In this document: one piece after another, positions 37,800-50,300 of the stretch | How the letters are laid out: the number at the start of each line of letters is the position of its first letter | Numbering within the stretch: position 1 is the first letter of the stretch | From: Mobula hypostoma | Lineage: Eukaryota | Reading direction: 5' to 3' | DNA: 64,000 nucleotides | Assembly (NCBI RefSeq): GCF_963921235.1 | Contig: NC_086097.1 | Coordinates: 212,600,001-212,664,000, forward strand | The notes under the pieces: generated by a model | Database searches by the model: none | Seen by the model: the letters and a program-made list of their open reading frames with translations, nothing else | What the model was told of the DNA's origin: nothing | Position numbers and translations under genes: made by a program

Positions 37800-39700
37800 A
37801 AATAGGATGATAGCGCTGGTGCAGGGAGCAAGGTTTCAGATTTATAGATCATTGGGATCTCTTCTGGGAAGGTATGACCTGTACAAAAAGGACAAGTTCC
37901 ATCAGAACCTGAGGGGCACCATCCTTGTGGGCAGGTTTGCTAGAGCTGTTGGGGACGGTTTAAACTAATCTGACTTGGGGGATGGGAACCAGAGTGATGG
38001 GGCTGAGGATGGGTACCTGGTATACAATAGATGCAGTATGCAGTGAGACTGTAAGGAAAGACAGACAGATGATAAAGCAAAATTGCAGTCAGTGGGAGAG
38101 ATTGCAGTGTCACATGGGAGCAAAATCAAAAAGGGTGATAAGTACAGCACTGAAGGTGTTATATTAGAATGTATGTAATGTATGGAATGAGGTAGATGAT
38201 CTTGTAGCCAAGTTGGTAGGAATGACATTGTGGTTATCACTGAGGCATAGCTGGAAAGAGAACATGGTTGGGATCTTAATGTCCAGGGATACACATTGTA
38301 TTAGAAGGACAGCAGGTAGACAGAGGGGCTGAGGCGGCTCTCTCACTAAAAAAAGAAATCGAATCCTTAGAAAGAGGTGACATAGTATTGGAAGATGTAT
38401 CTAGAATCCTTGTGGGTAGAGTTAAGAAACTGCAAGGATCAAAAGACCCCGATGGGAGATATATATAGACCGTCAAATGGTAGCAAACATGTGGGATATA
38501 AATTACAACAGGAGATAGAAAAGACATGTAAAAAGGAAAATGTTACAATAGTTACAGATAGACTGGGAAAATCAGATTGGTGCTGGATCCCAAGAGACGA
38601 AATTTGTAGAATGCCTACAAGATTGCTTTTTAGAGCAGATTGTGATTGAGCCCACTCAGGGAAAGGCTATTCTGGATTAAGTGTCTGGTAATAAACCAGA
38701 TTTGATTGGAGAGCTTAAGGTAAACGAACCCTTCGGAGACAGTGATCATAATATGATAGAATTCACCCTACAACTAGTGATGGAGAGGATATAATCATAT
38801 GTATCAGTATTAAAGTGGAGTAAAGGGAATTACTGTCGGCGCATGGCCAAGTGGTTAAGGCGTTGGTCTCGTGATCTGAAGGTTGCTAGTTCGAGCCTCA
38901 GCTGAGGCAACGTGTTGTGTCCTTGAGCAAGGCACTTAACCACACATCGCTCTGCAATGACACCCATGCCAAGCTTTATCGGCCCTAGTGCTCTTCCCTT
39001 GGACAACATCGGTGGTGTGGAGAGGGGAGACTTGCAGCATGGGCAACTGCCGGTCTTCCATACAACCTTGCCCAGGCCTGCGCCCTGGAAACCTTCACAA
39101 ATCCATGGTCTCAGGAGACTAACGGATGCCTATTAAACGGAATTACAAAGGTATGAGAGAGGAGCTGTCAAAAGTTGATTGAAAGGGGACACTATCCAGA
39201 ATAGCAATGGCTGGAGTTTCCTGGAGCAATTTTGAAGGTGCAGGATAGATACATCCCCACAAAGAAGTAGTATTCTACAGGATGACACAACTGTAACTGG
39301 GAAGAGAGGTTGAAGCCAACATAAAAGCAAAAGAGAAGGCACATAATGGAACAAAAATGAGTAAGAAGTTAGAGGATTGGGAAGTTTTTAAATACCAACA
39401 GAATGCAACTAAAAAGCCACAAAGAGAGAAAAGATGAAATACTAAGGTAAGCCAGTCAATGATATAAAATAGGATACCAGAGATTTTTTTAGATATATAA
39501 AAAGTAAGAGAAAATGAGAGTGGATATGGAACCATTGAAAAATGATGCTGGAGAGGTAGTGATGGGGACAAAGAAATGGTGGACAAACTTATTAAGTATT
39601 TTGTATCTGTCTTCAGTGTATGAGACACTAGCAGAATGCCAGATATTAGACCGTGACAGGGCAGAACTGAGTGAAGTTTCTATTACTAAGAGAAGGTGCC
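37800..39700 (+). mobile_element. CR1 LINE (ORF1 end, APE and linker), decayed, interrupted by a SINE
   Basis: ESLWVELRNCKDQKTPMGDIYRP and GDSDHNMIEF motifs; similar to the reverse complement of CR1 'A'. Confidence 0.85.
38834..39133 (+). mobile_element. tRNA-derived SINE with CORE-like body and RTE/RTEX-like tail
   Basis: A box TGGCCAAGTGG, B box GTTCGAGCC, CORE-like gtgtccttgagcaaggcacttaacc, 13-bp TSD taaagggaattac/taaacggaattac. Confidence 0.88.
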
Positions 39701-41167
39701 TGGGCCACTATTTTGGATGGTGGCCCTCTGCAAATTTTGCATTGGATAGCTTTAACAAGGTACCAAAGTAGAATGGATGATCAACTATTGCCTAGGAATT
39801 GTCCCATGCTGTGTGTGGAGTTAGAACAATATTGCAGGTCACTTTAATACCGTTTGTGAATGTGACAGAAAACCTCAGTCATGTGGTTCACAGAATGACG
39901 GTAACAGGCTTCTGCTCCACCTTCTTTACTGAAGTGTTGCAAGAACTTTCATTCCCCTACATGTAGCACAACAGCTGCAGTCTTTGCGGGCAGTTCTTAA
40001 AGGGACTCTCCACAATGCTTAATTGTACCCCAGTTATGGGGAAGATTCTGGGGAACAGATGGTTGGCAGGGGAGTGTGCTTCCATGGGTCAGAGGCCTCC
40101 CATGAGCTGGTAGTGAATAGAATTCACAGGAGGCATATTCCTGTGTAGTTTGATGGGGACTTCCTACTGCAATAGCCATACGCACCAGGCTGAAAGTTGC
40201 CTCAGAGGTCTTTGTAAGGACATAGGTGCAGTCCACAAACATCTATATTTTGGGAAATATTGCAAATGTCCCATCCTGTTCTGCCTGCTCCTGTGGGTGA
40301 AATCTTTTCTTACCCTCATAAGTATGGAGCTCGATTATCTTCCTTATCATTTAGATGCCAGTGGTTAATGTGTCCAAAAACAGGACAAATTTAGGATTGT
40401 TAACTACTGCCCTATCTCTCTACTCTCAATCATCAGCAGACTAACCGAAAATGTCACAGAAGTGCTGTGAGATATCACTTTGTGCTGTGTGTGTGGTCTG
40501 GAGGAACATCGTTTCATTTTGTTGTATATGTGTACAGTCATATGATAATAAACTTGACTTGGCTTGATTTGCTCATCAATAACATGATGACTAATATCCA
40601 GACCTGGACTGAGTGAAAATAAAGTCATAGGCAGAGAATAGTAAACTCTCCAAAGGTTGGAGTTATACCTTACACTTGAGAAAATTTGTTGGTGGATAAT
40701 TACACCAATCTCACATCATCCCCATCAGAATTCCTCAGAAAAGCGGCGTGTGCCTAACCATCTTCATCAATGATCTTTTTAGCATTATAAATTTAAGCCA
40801 ATGCAGTTCTCTAGGGTGCTGGCTTTCTAAAGTTCACAACCCCCTGAAGAAGAAATTCTTCATTACTTCCATATACTCAGTAATTCTGAATTCTCCTATG
40901 AGGCATAAACTTCCAGCACCTACTGTTGGGATCTTGTATGTTTCAATAAAATCACTTTTCACTCTTCTAAATCCCTTGAGCATATGTCTATTCAGTGAAC
41001 CTTTATTCTTAATTCAATAGTTTCATACCAGAATCATCCTAGTGAAAGTCCTCTTAAACTGCCTTCATTGTACGTATATCCATCATTTAGGGAGATGAAT
41101 ATCTCAGTATACACAGTATACCAAATAGATACCAACCAGCCATTTGGTGGTACCAAACTGTTGTACT

Positions 41168-41562
41168 CTCTCTCCGAGTTTGAGTCTGAGGCCTCCGTCG
41201 GTCAGAGTTGACCATGGATATTGTGTCTTAGTTGTCTAGATATGCAAGCCTGGGCAGTACGATATGGAGAGCAAACTGTTGCCCATGTAGCAAGCTCCCC
41301 CTCTCTATGCAACTGATGAACCCAAAGGAACAGCAGAGACTGATACAATTTGGTACCAGCAGTATTGCAAGAGTTGCCAGTCAACACTGAACTCAATGTA
41401 GGACTGCTTCAGGGACTCCAGCTCCGGATTTCTCCCTCCGGGTTTACTCCCAAAGCCTTCCCTATGTGTGGGTATAGCCGCAATGCAGCGGAGGTTTGAG
41501 ATCTGAGTTTTCCTTCTCCTAGATGAGTTGCCAACCACAGCTGAGAAGCCCCATCTGCCTGA
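41168..41562 (-). mobile_element. Non-autonomous RTE/RTEX-like retroelement sharing its 3' tail with the SINE at 38834
   Basis: TSD aaactgttgtact/aaactattgcact; 5' motif ggcaactcatctaggagaaggaaaactc; 3' region similar to 39020-39130. Confidence 0.65.
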
Positions 41563-41664
41563 AAACTATTGCACTAAAAGCCATCATTTGATTTGTCTTC
41601 CTGCTGCAAAGTTGCTGTTTCAGATGTGACTTTGATAGACTTAATCTGACAGCTTCAGTAACAA

Positions 41665-43560
41665 AGTCGTAGAGTCACAGAGCACTGCAGAACAGAAATA
41701 GGCCCTTCAGCCCATTTAGCCCATGCTAAACTAATAATCTGTCTAGACCCATCAACCTCCAACTGGACAATACCCCTCCATATCCTACCCATCCATGTAC
41801 CTTTCTCAAATATCTCTTAAATGTTGAATTTGAGCCCATAACCATCACTTCCACAAGCAGCTTATTTCACACTCTCACAACCCTCTGACTGAAAATATTC
41901 CCCCTCATGCTCCCTTTAAACATTCCACCAATCACCCTTAACCCATGATCTCTAGTTCTAGTCTCACCCAACCTCAGTGGAAAAAGCCATTTTGCACTTA
42001 CCCTATCTATAGCCCTCATAATTTTGTATATCTCTATCAGACCTCCCCTCATTCTTATATGCTCTAGGAAATAAAGTCTTAACCTATTCAACTTTCCCTA
42101 TAATTCAGGTCCTCAAGCCCTGGCAACATCCTTGTAAATTTTCTCTGCATTCTTTCAATCTTATTGACAGCTTTCCTATAGGTAGGTGACCAAGACTGCA
42201 CACAATACTCCAAATTAGGTCTCACCAATGTCTTATACAATTTAAATATAACAGCCCAACTCCAGTACTCAGTACATTGATTTATGAAGGCCAGATCCCT
42301 CTGTTCTATCACACTTCTCAGTGTACTACCCCTCATCATGCAAGTCCTACCCTGGTTTGTCCTCCCAAAATGCAACACTTCACACTTGTCTGCATTAAAT
42401 TCCGTCTGCCATTTTTCAGCCCATGTTTCCAGCTGGTTCAGATCCCACTCCAAACTTCGGTAGTCTTCATCGCTGTCCACTACATCCCCAGTCTTGGTGT
42501 CATCTGCAAATTTATTGATCCAGTTTACCACATTATCATTCAGATCATTGATATAGATGACAAACAACCATGGACCCAGAACCAATCCCTACAACACACC
42601 ACTAGTTACAAGCCTCCAGTAAGAGAGGCAACCTTCTACAACTATTCTTTGGGTTCTTCTTCAAAAATAATGCCTAATCCAATTTACTACATCATCTTGA
42701 ATGCCAAGTGACTAAACCTTCTTGACCAACCTCCCATGCGGGACCTTTTCAAAGGTCTTGCTAAAGTCCCTGAAGACAACATACACTGCCCTGCCTTCAT
42801 TAACTTTCATGTAACATACTTGAAAAACTCTATAAGATTAGTTAGACATGACCTACCACATGTTGACTATATTCAATCTATCTCTGTGTATCCAAATACT
42901 TATATATACTGTACAGTCCCTTAGAACACTTTCCAATAACTATCTAACTACTGATCTCAGGCTAATCCGCCCATAATTTCAGGTTTATTCTTAGAGCCTT
43001 TCTTAAACAAAGGAACTACATTTGTTATCCTCCAGTCCTCTGATACCTTTCCTGTCACTAAGGATGATTTAAGTATCTCTGCTAGGGCCCCTGTAATTTC
43101 TGCACTTGCCTCGACAGGGTCTGAGGGAACACCTTCTCTGGCCCTAGGGATTTGTTCTCCCTAAATCTCCTCAAGACAGCAAACACCTCCTCCTCTGTAA
43201 TCTGTGTAGGGCCCATGATCTCACTGCTGCTTTGCCTCACTTCTCTAGAATCTGTGTTTATCTCCCAAGTAAATATAGATGCAAAAAAAAAATCCATTTG
43301 AGATTTCCCCATTTCTTTCCCCTCCATACAAAATTGGTCCTCTGATCTTCCAGGGGACCAGTCTCTTCTCTTGTTATCCTTTTGCTCTTAATATATCTGT
43401 AAAAGCCCTTGGAATTCTTTTCCCCTGGTCTGCTAGAGCAACCTCATGTCTTCTTTTAGCCCTGATGATTTCCTTCTTAAGTGTTCTCTTGCATTTTTTA
43501 TACTTCCTAAGTACTTCATTCACTCCTTCCCACCAATACCTGCTATGCACCTCCTTCTTT
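41665..43560 (-). mobile_element. CR1 LINE ORF2 portion
   Basis: VIYINDLNDNVVNWINKFADDTK and LYKTLVRPNLEYC motifs. Confidence 0.88.
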
Positions 43561-43619
43561 TTTCCTGACTTTGTATGTGGGCTTAGCTGCAACTTTCTCC
43601 ACAACCACTCTGCTATCTG

Positions 43620-44800
43620 CTCTGGAACTCAGATTTGCATCCTCCTGTAAATCTAGTTTAAACCCCTCTCCTCCACCATGCGTCACCAGCAAACCACCCT
43701 GAAAGGACATTAGTTCCCCTCCAGTTCAGGCGAAAACCATCCCTTCTGTACAGGACCATCCTTCCCTGGAAGAGAGCCCAAAGATCCAAAAATCTGAAGA
43801 CCTCCCTCCTGCACCATCTTGTTAGCTACCTGTTAAAGTGTATTATCAACCCATTTCTCACCTCGCTATCACATCACACTGGTAGTATTCTTGAGGTCAC
43901 AACACTAGAGGTTCTATCCTTTTACTTAGCAACTAACACCCTGATCTGACTTGCAGGACCTCATCATCTTTCCTACCCATGTCATTAGAACCGACATGGA
44001 CAATGACATCTGGGGGTCCATGCTCTGATGAAAGAATGTTATGGACTCGATCTGAGATGCCCCTGACGCTAGCACCTACGAGGTAACCAAACATCCAGGA
44101 ATGTCATTCTCGTCCACAGAGTCTCCTTTCTGTTTCCCTAAACAATGAAACCCCTATCACTACAGCTCACCTCTTCTCCCCATCACTTCTGAGCCATAGA
44201 GCCAGAGACCTGCTTGCTGCGGCTTCTCTATGCCACCCAACATAGGGGTCAGCCACCCAGCAGGATACTTATTATTCAGGGGAATGGCCACAGGTGTACT
44301 CTGCACTAGCTGCCTATTCCCTTCCCCTCTCCTGACAGTCATCCAGCTACCTGCCTCCTGCAACTTAGGGGTGACTACTTCACCTCCCTGTAGCTCCTAC
44401 CTATTACTTTCTCATTATCCTGCATGAGTCTAAGATCACTGAGCTGCAGCTCCAGTCCCTTAACACGGTCTCTAAGGAGCTGCAGCTCAGTGCACTTCAT
44501 ACAGATGCAGTTATCAGGGAGACTGGAAGTCTCCCAAATTTCCCAATCACCCAGTTACCTGTGCTGTGAAGCTTGGTTGTGACTACCTCCCTGTATATCC
44601 TGTTGATCAACCTCTCGGCCAACTAAATGATCCAGAGTGCATCCAGCTCCAGCTCCAATTTCTTAACATGGTCTGAAAGAAGCTGCAGTTTGATGCACTT
44701 GCAGGTGTACTCACAAGCGACACTGGAGGATTCCCTGCCTTCCAACATCCTGCAAGAGGAGCATTCCACTCCCCTGCCTGGCTTCCCTACTGCTCTAGCC
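43620..44800 (-). mobile_element. CR1 ORF1 / 5' region remnants
   Basis: Similar to ORF1 segments at 12800-13700 and 16920-17360; WMTVRRG...PVAIPLNNKY. Confidence 0.75.
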
Positions 44801-45080
44801 GTACAATAAAACTGAAGGTGTCAGGCAGGCACTTTCCAGTCTCCATGTGGCTAACAGGAGTCACCTGCCACTCATTTCCAATTCATCACCTGCAGCCTAT
44901 TTAAACTCTCCTCTCCTCCATTATCCCTTTTCACCTATGGAACCAGCTAGCCTCAACTAGTTGCTAGCCTTCTGTTACCTTGTTGCATTGTCATGTTGAG
45001 TATCAGTTCCCTTCTGTTTTGTGGCCCCTCATGGCTTGTTATTTTGCAGTTTATTATTAAAGTCATCACTTACCACTAAG

Positions 45081-45985
45081 TCACCTCTTCACCCCTCTCT
45101 GCTCATCTTCCCCCCTCTGCTCATCTTTCCCTCTCCACCCCTCTCCGCTTTCTGCAGGGATCGTTCCCTCTGCAGCTCCCTGGTCCACACATCCCTTCCC
45201 ACAGATCTCCCACCCGGCACTTATCCCTGTAAGTGTAAGTGCTACACCTGTCCCTACACCTCCTCTCTTGCCACCATTCAGGGCCCCAAACAGTCCTTCC
45301 AGGTGAGGCAGCACTTCACTTGTGAGTCTGTTGGGGTTATATATTGCATCCGGTGCTCCCGGTGCGGCCTCCTCTACATCGGTGAAACCCGACGCAGAAT
45401 GGGGGACCGCTTCGTCGAGCACCTCCGCTCTGTCCGCCACAACAGACAGGATCTCCCAGTTGCCACCCACTTCAACTCTGCTTCACATTCCCATTCAGAT
45501 ATGTCCATACATGGCCTCCTCTACTGCCATGATGAGGCTAAACTCAGGTTGGAGGAGCAACACCTCATATACCGTCTGGGTAGTCTCCAGCCCCTTGGTA
45601 TGAACATTGAATTCTCCAACTTCCAGTAATTCCCTCCCCCTCCCTTCCCCCAACCCAGTTTCATTCTGCCCCCTCCCCCAGCTGCCTATCACCTCCCTCA
45701 TGGTTCTGCCTCCTTCTACTACCCATTGTGTTTTCCCCTATTCCTTCTTCATCTTTCCTGCTTATCCCCTCCCTGCTTCCCCTCTCCCACCCCTTTACCT
45801 TTCCCCTTACTGGTTTTTCACCTGGAACCTTCCAGCCTTCTCCTTCCCACCCTCCCCCCACCTTCTTTATAGGGCCCCTCTCCCCTCCCTCTTCAGTCCT
45901 GATGAAGGGTTCCAGCCCGAAACGTTGACTGATCATTTCCATGGATACTGCCTGACCTGCTGAGTTCCTCCGGCGTGTTGTGAGT
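45081..45985 (+). mobile_element. Penelope-like element 3' portion with open GIY-YIG endonuclease frame
   Basis: ORF to 45629: GTYPCKCKCYTCPY...GVIYCIRCSRCGLLYIGETRRRMGDRFVEH...EEQHLIYRLGSLQPLGMN. The Cys-rich linker suggests the Neptune clade. Confidence 0.93.
45893..45932 (+). ncRNA. Minimal hammerhead ribozyme motif (best-paired copy)
   Basis: TCAGTC-CTGATGA-A-GGGT(TCCA)GCCC-GAAA-C-GTT-GACTGA: 6-bp stem I, intact core, palindromic AACGUU stem III. Confidence 0.82.
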
Positions 45986-47555
45986 GTTACTGTACTGCTC
46001 TGCATTTGGGGCAAGCCTCCTCTACTATTCCTGACAGGATGGGTGAACCACTGAATGACCAGGCAGAACTTGGAAGTCATCGACCAACATGAGCACACGA
46101 TCCAGAAGCAGCAGGAAACGAGTCTCAACCATCTCTCCATCTTGTTACAGAAACACCACGCTAGTCTACCTCCTCTCGGAGCCCCGGATTCTAGTGCCCA
46201 AACACTTTAATAGATCCCCAACCCAATGCTGCACCTTCCTGTCCAGTGGGTCTAACACTTCGAGCTCCAGCCATACCCATATTCTAAACAGCAAGCCAAT
46301 ATCATCTTCATTATCACTCTCTTTGACTAAGCGAGCTCTGACAAGGACAGCCACAAACTGGGCTAATAAAACCACTGTTTTCAATAAACATGAGAAAATC
46401 ACTGCCAGGATAATCTGGGTTTTCGACCACCTGGGAAGTGGAATTAAGGCAGTGGATCAGACTCAAGGGTCAAGGTTCACACTTAGTCCTGGATTACGCC
46501 ATGGAATTCAGGACCCTCGTGGTAGGGTATGGCTGGAACTTGGAAGGGCTGCTGGCCCATTACAATCATGACCTCTCAGAGAGATGGAAAGGTGACCTGT
46601 CTACCTGGGAGATGCCCACCAACCTTTAAATCCCCATTACTCAGGCCCTCCAAGTCGACAAGCGTCTTATGGAACAACCTTCTAGATCACCAGCCAGGAC
46701 CTTAGCTTTATTCCCAGAATCATTCCAGGCTGCAGCAGTGCTTCCAGAACCCTGCACTTGTGGAGATATCCCTTAACCTCACAAGAGAGTGAGTGTCAGT
46801 GGAGAAATAACTTGTGTGCTTACTGCAGTGCAGCTGATCACCCATGCCCACTGCGTTCAGGAAACAATGCCACCAGGTAAAAATGAGGGGCCTTCTATCC
46901 GGTAAGTTCCCCCGGTCCCTCATTCCAGCACTATAGCTTAACTCACTCTCTCTGTCCTCCTCCACAGCCACTGGAGGTTCTGGCGCAGCAGACAACTCTT
47001 TGGAGCACACTCTGTGGGTGCAGCTTGGACTCACGACCGAGCCTGTCTCTTACCCCTTCTGCATCACAGCCACCGATGGACACCCCTTGGGGTCTAGGAT
47101 GGTTAGAGCATGCACACAACATGTGTGCATTAGCATCAGAGAACATCGCGAGTCCATCCAACTCCTGCCTATCGACTCACCCAACACTCCCCTCATCTTG
47201 CATTACCCCTGGTTCTCCACTCACTTTGAGTGGTCATCTGGTTCACTGGTGAGTTGGGGACTCGCCTGCAACTTCAGTTAACTTTACCCAGTGAATCCAT
47301 GCAGAAGAAGGAAACCCTCAACCTCACCAAACTCCCACAGGAATACCATGACTAAGCCATCACCTTCAGATAAAGGGAAGCTAGCACTCTTTCACCTCAC
47401 AGACCACACGACTGCATGATCAGCCTCCTCCCAGGCACCACCTCTCCCCTAGGTTGTCCATTCTCCCTCTCCCCTCCTGAGAGCCAGGCCATGAATGATT
47501 ATATCACTGAAGTACTACAGCATGGCTTCATTTGACCATCCCAGTCCCAGCTGGG

Positions 47556-47760
47556 CCTGCAAGAGGACCACAACCTTGTCATAGGGTTTGGCGGCTTTCA
47601 TGCCTCAATGACCCAGACAGCTACGTTGGATGGATTCAGGTCTTGTGCTTTGTCTCCTGGTAGGGTCATCCATGCCAAACAGGTCAAAAGTTAGAGGCCA
47701 GACCAAGAGTGGTCCACCGGTCATCCAGTTTGGAGGTTCAGCTCAGGACTAACTATCCTT
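47556..47760 (+). mobile_element. RTE (BovB/Expander-like) 5'UTR fragment inserted in the Gypsy pol
   Basis: ggaccacaaccttgtc...ctcaatgaccc...ggtagggtcatccatgccaaacaggtc...gtggtccac resembles recalled RTE-clade 5'UTRs and interrupts the RT region. Confidence 0.6.
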
Positions 47761-48949
47761 AAGAACCAACTACCCTCTCCCCTCTCCCCTTGCATTTGAA
47801 ACACTGCAGGAGGATCAGATCTTCACCAAACCGGAGCTATGGACTGTGACTGATCCGCATCTGCTAGAGGGATGACTGGAAGACGGCGTTCATAATACCC
47901 ACTGGCTATGACAAATACACGGTGATGTCTTTTGGACTTTCCAACAGTCCACTCATTTTCCAAGCTTTCATTAATGACGTTCTCTGAGAGACATGCTACA
48001 CAGGTGTTTGTTCGTCTACCTCAACCACATCCTCATCTTCTCTAAGGACCCTCAAGACCACATCTTCACATCTGTTCATTCCTTCTGTGTCTTCTTGAAA
48101 ACTTACTGCACTGCAGTAAAAGAAATGCCAGCAGTTCTATACCCCAGTCAGCTCCTTCCTGGGTTACATCCTTACACTCCCAGGCAAACAATGGACCCAG
48201 AGAGATTGTCCGCTATCGTTGAATTGCCTTAACCGTGCTTCCTCAAATAGCTACAACACTTCTTGAGTTTCTTCAACTTCTACTGCCATCTTATCAGAGA
48301 CAACAGTCTATTTGCTACTCTTCTCACATTCCTCTCCTAGTCACCTACCTCAAGGATAACCTGGATAGCTACCGCCGATTATGCTTTCAAGGAGTTCATG
48401 AGACACTTCACCATCACTCCCATTCTCTGCTATTCAAACACCTCTGGACATTTTGTGGTAGTAATGGACACATCTGACATGAGCACCAGGATTATCCTCT
48501 CTCAACAAAGACCACATGAGAAGACAAACCTTTGTGCCTTCTTCTCATGCAAGTTCAACTCTACACGGCACCATTATGGAGGAGGAGTCTGGGAGTTACT
48601 CACCATTATGTGGGCCTTGGAGGAATGGAGTCATTGACAGATAGGAAACAGAGTCCTTCCTGATCTGGACTGACCACCAGGATCTCATATCCGTACAACA
48701 GACCCACCAACTCAACCCATGTCAGGTTTGCTGGGCCCTCTTCTTTGAGCAATTTGACTTTACTTTCTCTTACTGACCTGCCTCCAAGGATGTAAAGGCT
48801 AATGCCCTGTCACAACATTTTGACTGAGCTGAAATGGATGTCGACCCTCAGCCCATCATTCCATCCTCACAGTTCCTCACCCCAATTGTGTGGGATTTTG
48901 AGAACCAGATTCATTAGGCCGACACACACACCTGACAATCTCCTTTACA

Positions 48950-49550
48950 CAGATATCCCACCTCTCCCAGAAGTTCCAGGAGTCTCCTGCATATTAATAG
49001 TGGCTCCCTGATGCCCGCAACTTATATACAATATCACGAAAATCAATTTTTTTGAGAGTGAGCGAGAGAAAGCAAGAGAGAGAGAAAGCAAGTGAGAGTG
49101 CGAGAGAGAAAGTGAGAGTGCGAGAGAGAGAAAGCAAGGGAGAGCGCGAGAGAGCGTGCGAGTGACCACGAGAGAGAGAGAGAGAGAGAGAGCGAGAGCG
49201 CGCCATGGCAGAGTGTTCCAAAAAATAAAGAAAATATAAAACATACGTCACCCCAGTCTACACTAAAGTGTATCCCTGCCTAATAGGGGTCAAAATAATG
49301 ACAGTGCTGCTCGCTGCACTGTTTGCAACAGTGACTTTTCTATTGCCCATGGTGGGTTAAGACTGTAAAAGACATGTTGAGGTGAGTTTAACAGGTGTCA
49401 TTCGTTCATTAGCATAGCTAACGTTATTTAAACTAGCTGGCCAGCTACTAAGGAGCTACTCTATTGCAGACATCCCACCTCTCCTGGAAGTCTCCCGCAA
49501 ATTGATGGTGCTACCTCCCTGAAATCAGATTTTGCAGGGTGGGATGTCTG
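48950..49550 (+). mobile_element. Non-autonomous hAT-like DNA transposon retaining the transposase N-terminal zinc finger
   Basis: TIR cagatatcccacc / ggtgggatgtctg; remnant ARCTVCNSDFSIAHGG..DCKRHVE followed by a GTGAGT donor; internal (GA)n tract. Confidence 0.75.
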
Positions 49551-50124
49551 TCTACAGGTCCTAACAGAAAGAAAGAAAGAGAAAATAAATGAAAATGTTA
49601 TTATATATGATTGAGTACAGTATATCTGGAAATACATTCATCCAGATAAGCGAAGTGTGCTCCATAACACTTCTGAAAGTTTCACAGTTGAGAATTGAAG
49701 AGCCGAGTTACTTGCTGCAGAATACTCAAAGTCCAACTTGCTTGTGTAGCAAGGACATTTAGTTAGTGAAATCATTTCAGTTTGACAGTGAGCTCACAAA
49801 AATTTTGATGATGAAGGATTCAGTGAATGATAAAGAAATGTTGTTCAACATTTTTAATTGAAAATGGTCATTGCTTGGCTTTCTTTGGGGTGAATGCTTT
49901 TTTTCATGTATAAGCCCAAGCATGAAAGGTCTTTAGGTTCTGGTTTGCATGGGCATGAACTGACACATTATCTGCGCTGTTATGAATAGAACAAAACCTG
50001 CAATAATCAATAAGCATTCCCACATCTGACCTTATTGTGGTAAAAGTGTAATGTGTAGATAATTATTCACAATAAGCCATTAGAGCTTGCTGTATCAGAG
50101 ACATTCACTTTGTTCTTCAGGCTC

Positions 50125-50300
50125 TCTCTCTCTCTCACTTTCTTCCCCACTGCAAACTAACTTGTTTTTCTCTCTTTCCTAGTCCTGACAAAGAGTCATA
50201 AACCTGAAATGTTAACAGTTTCACCTTCCACAGATATTGTCAGACCTGAAGAGAGCTTCCAGCAATTTTTGCTAGCGTTTCAGATTTCTAGTATCTGCAT
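50125..50300 (+). mobile_element. Degenerate PLE terminal fragment
   Basis: agtcCTGACAAagagtcataaacctGAAAtgttaac...tttccagcaattttt...cagatttctagtatctgca. Confidence 0.55.

Larger units (their letters stand above)
44819..48940 (+). mobile_element. Gypsy (Sushi/chromovirus-like) LTR retrotransposon, decayed; 5' LTR 44819-46036 interrupted by a PLE
   Basis: LTR ends TGTCAGG...CCTGACA with TATTTAAA and ATTAAA; gag EPRILVPKHFNRSPTQC and [21 protein letters not shown] and FVYLNHILIFS; RNase H-like DTSD, CAFFS, WELLTIMWALEEW. Confidence 0.85.

Noticed and set aside
38836..38905. tRNA gene
   Set aside because: A and B boxes are present, but the sequence runs into a SINE body with a TSD and no convincing cloverleaf or oligo-T terminator was found.
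46089..48800. PEG10/RTL1-like domesticated gene
   Set aside because: Many stops and frameshifts, preceded by an LTR; it is a decayed Sushi-like retrotransposon.
50181..50217. Active hammerhead ribozyme
   Set aside because: Core mutated (CTGACAA) and stems disrupted; it is a decayed copy.
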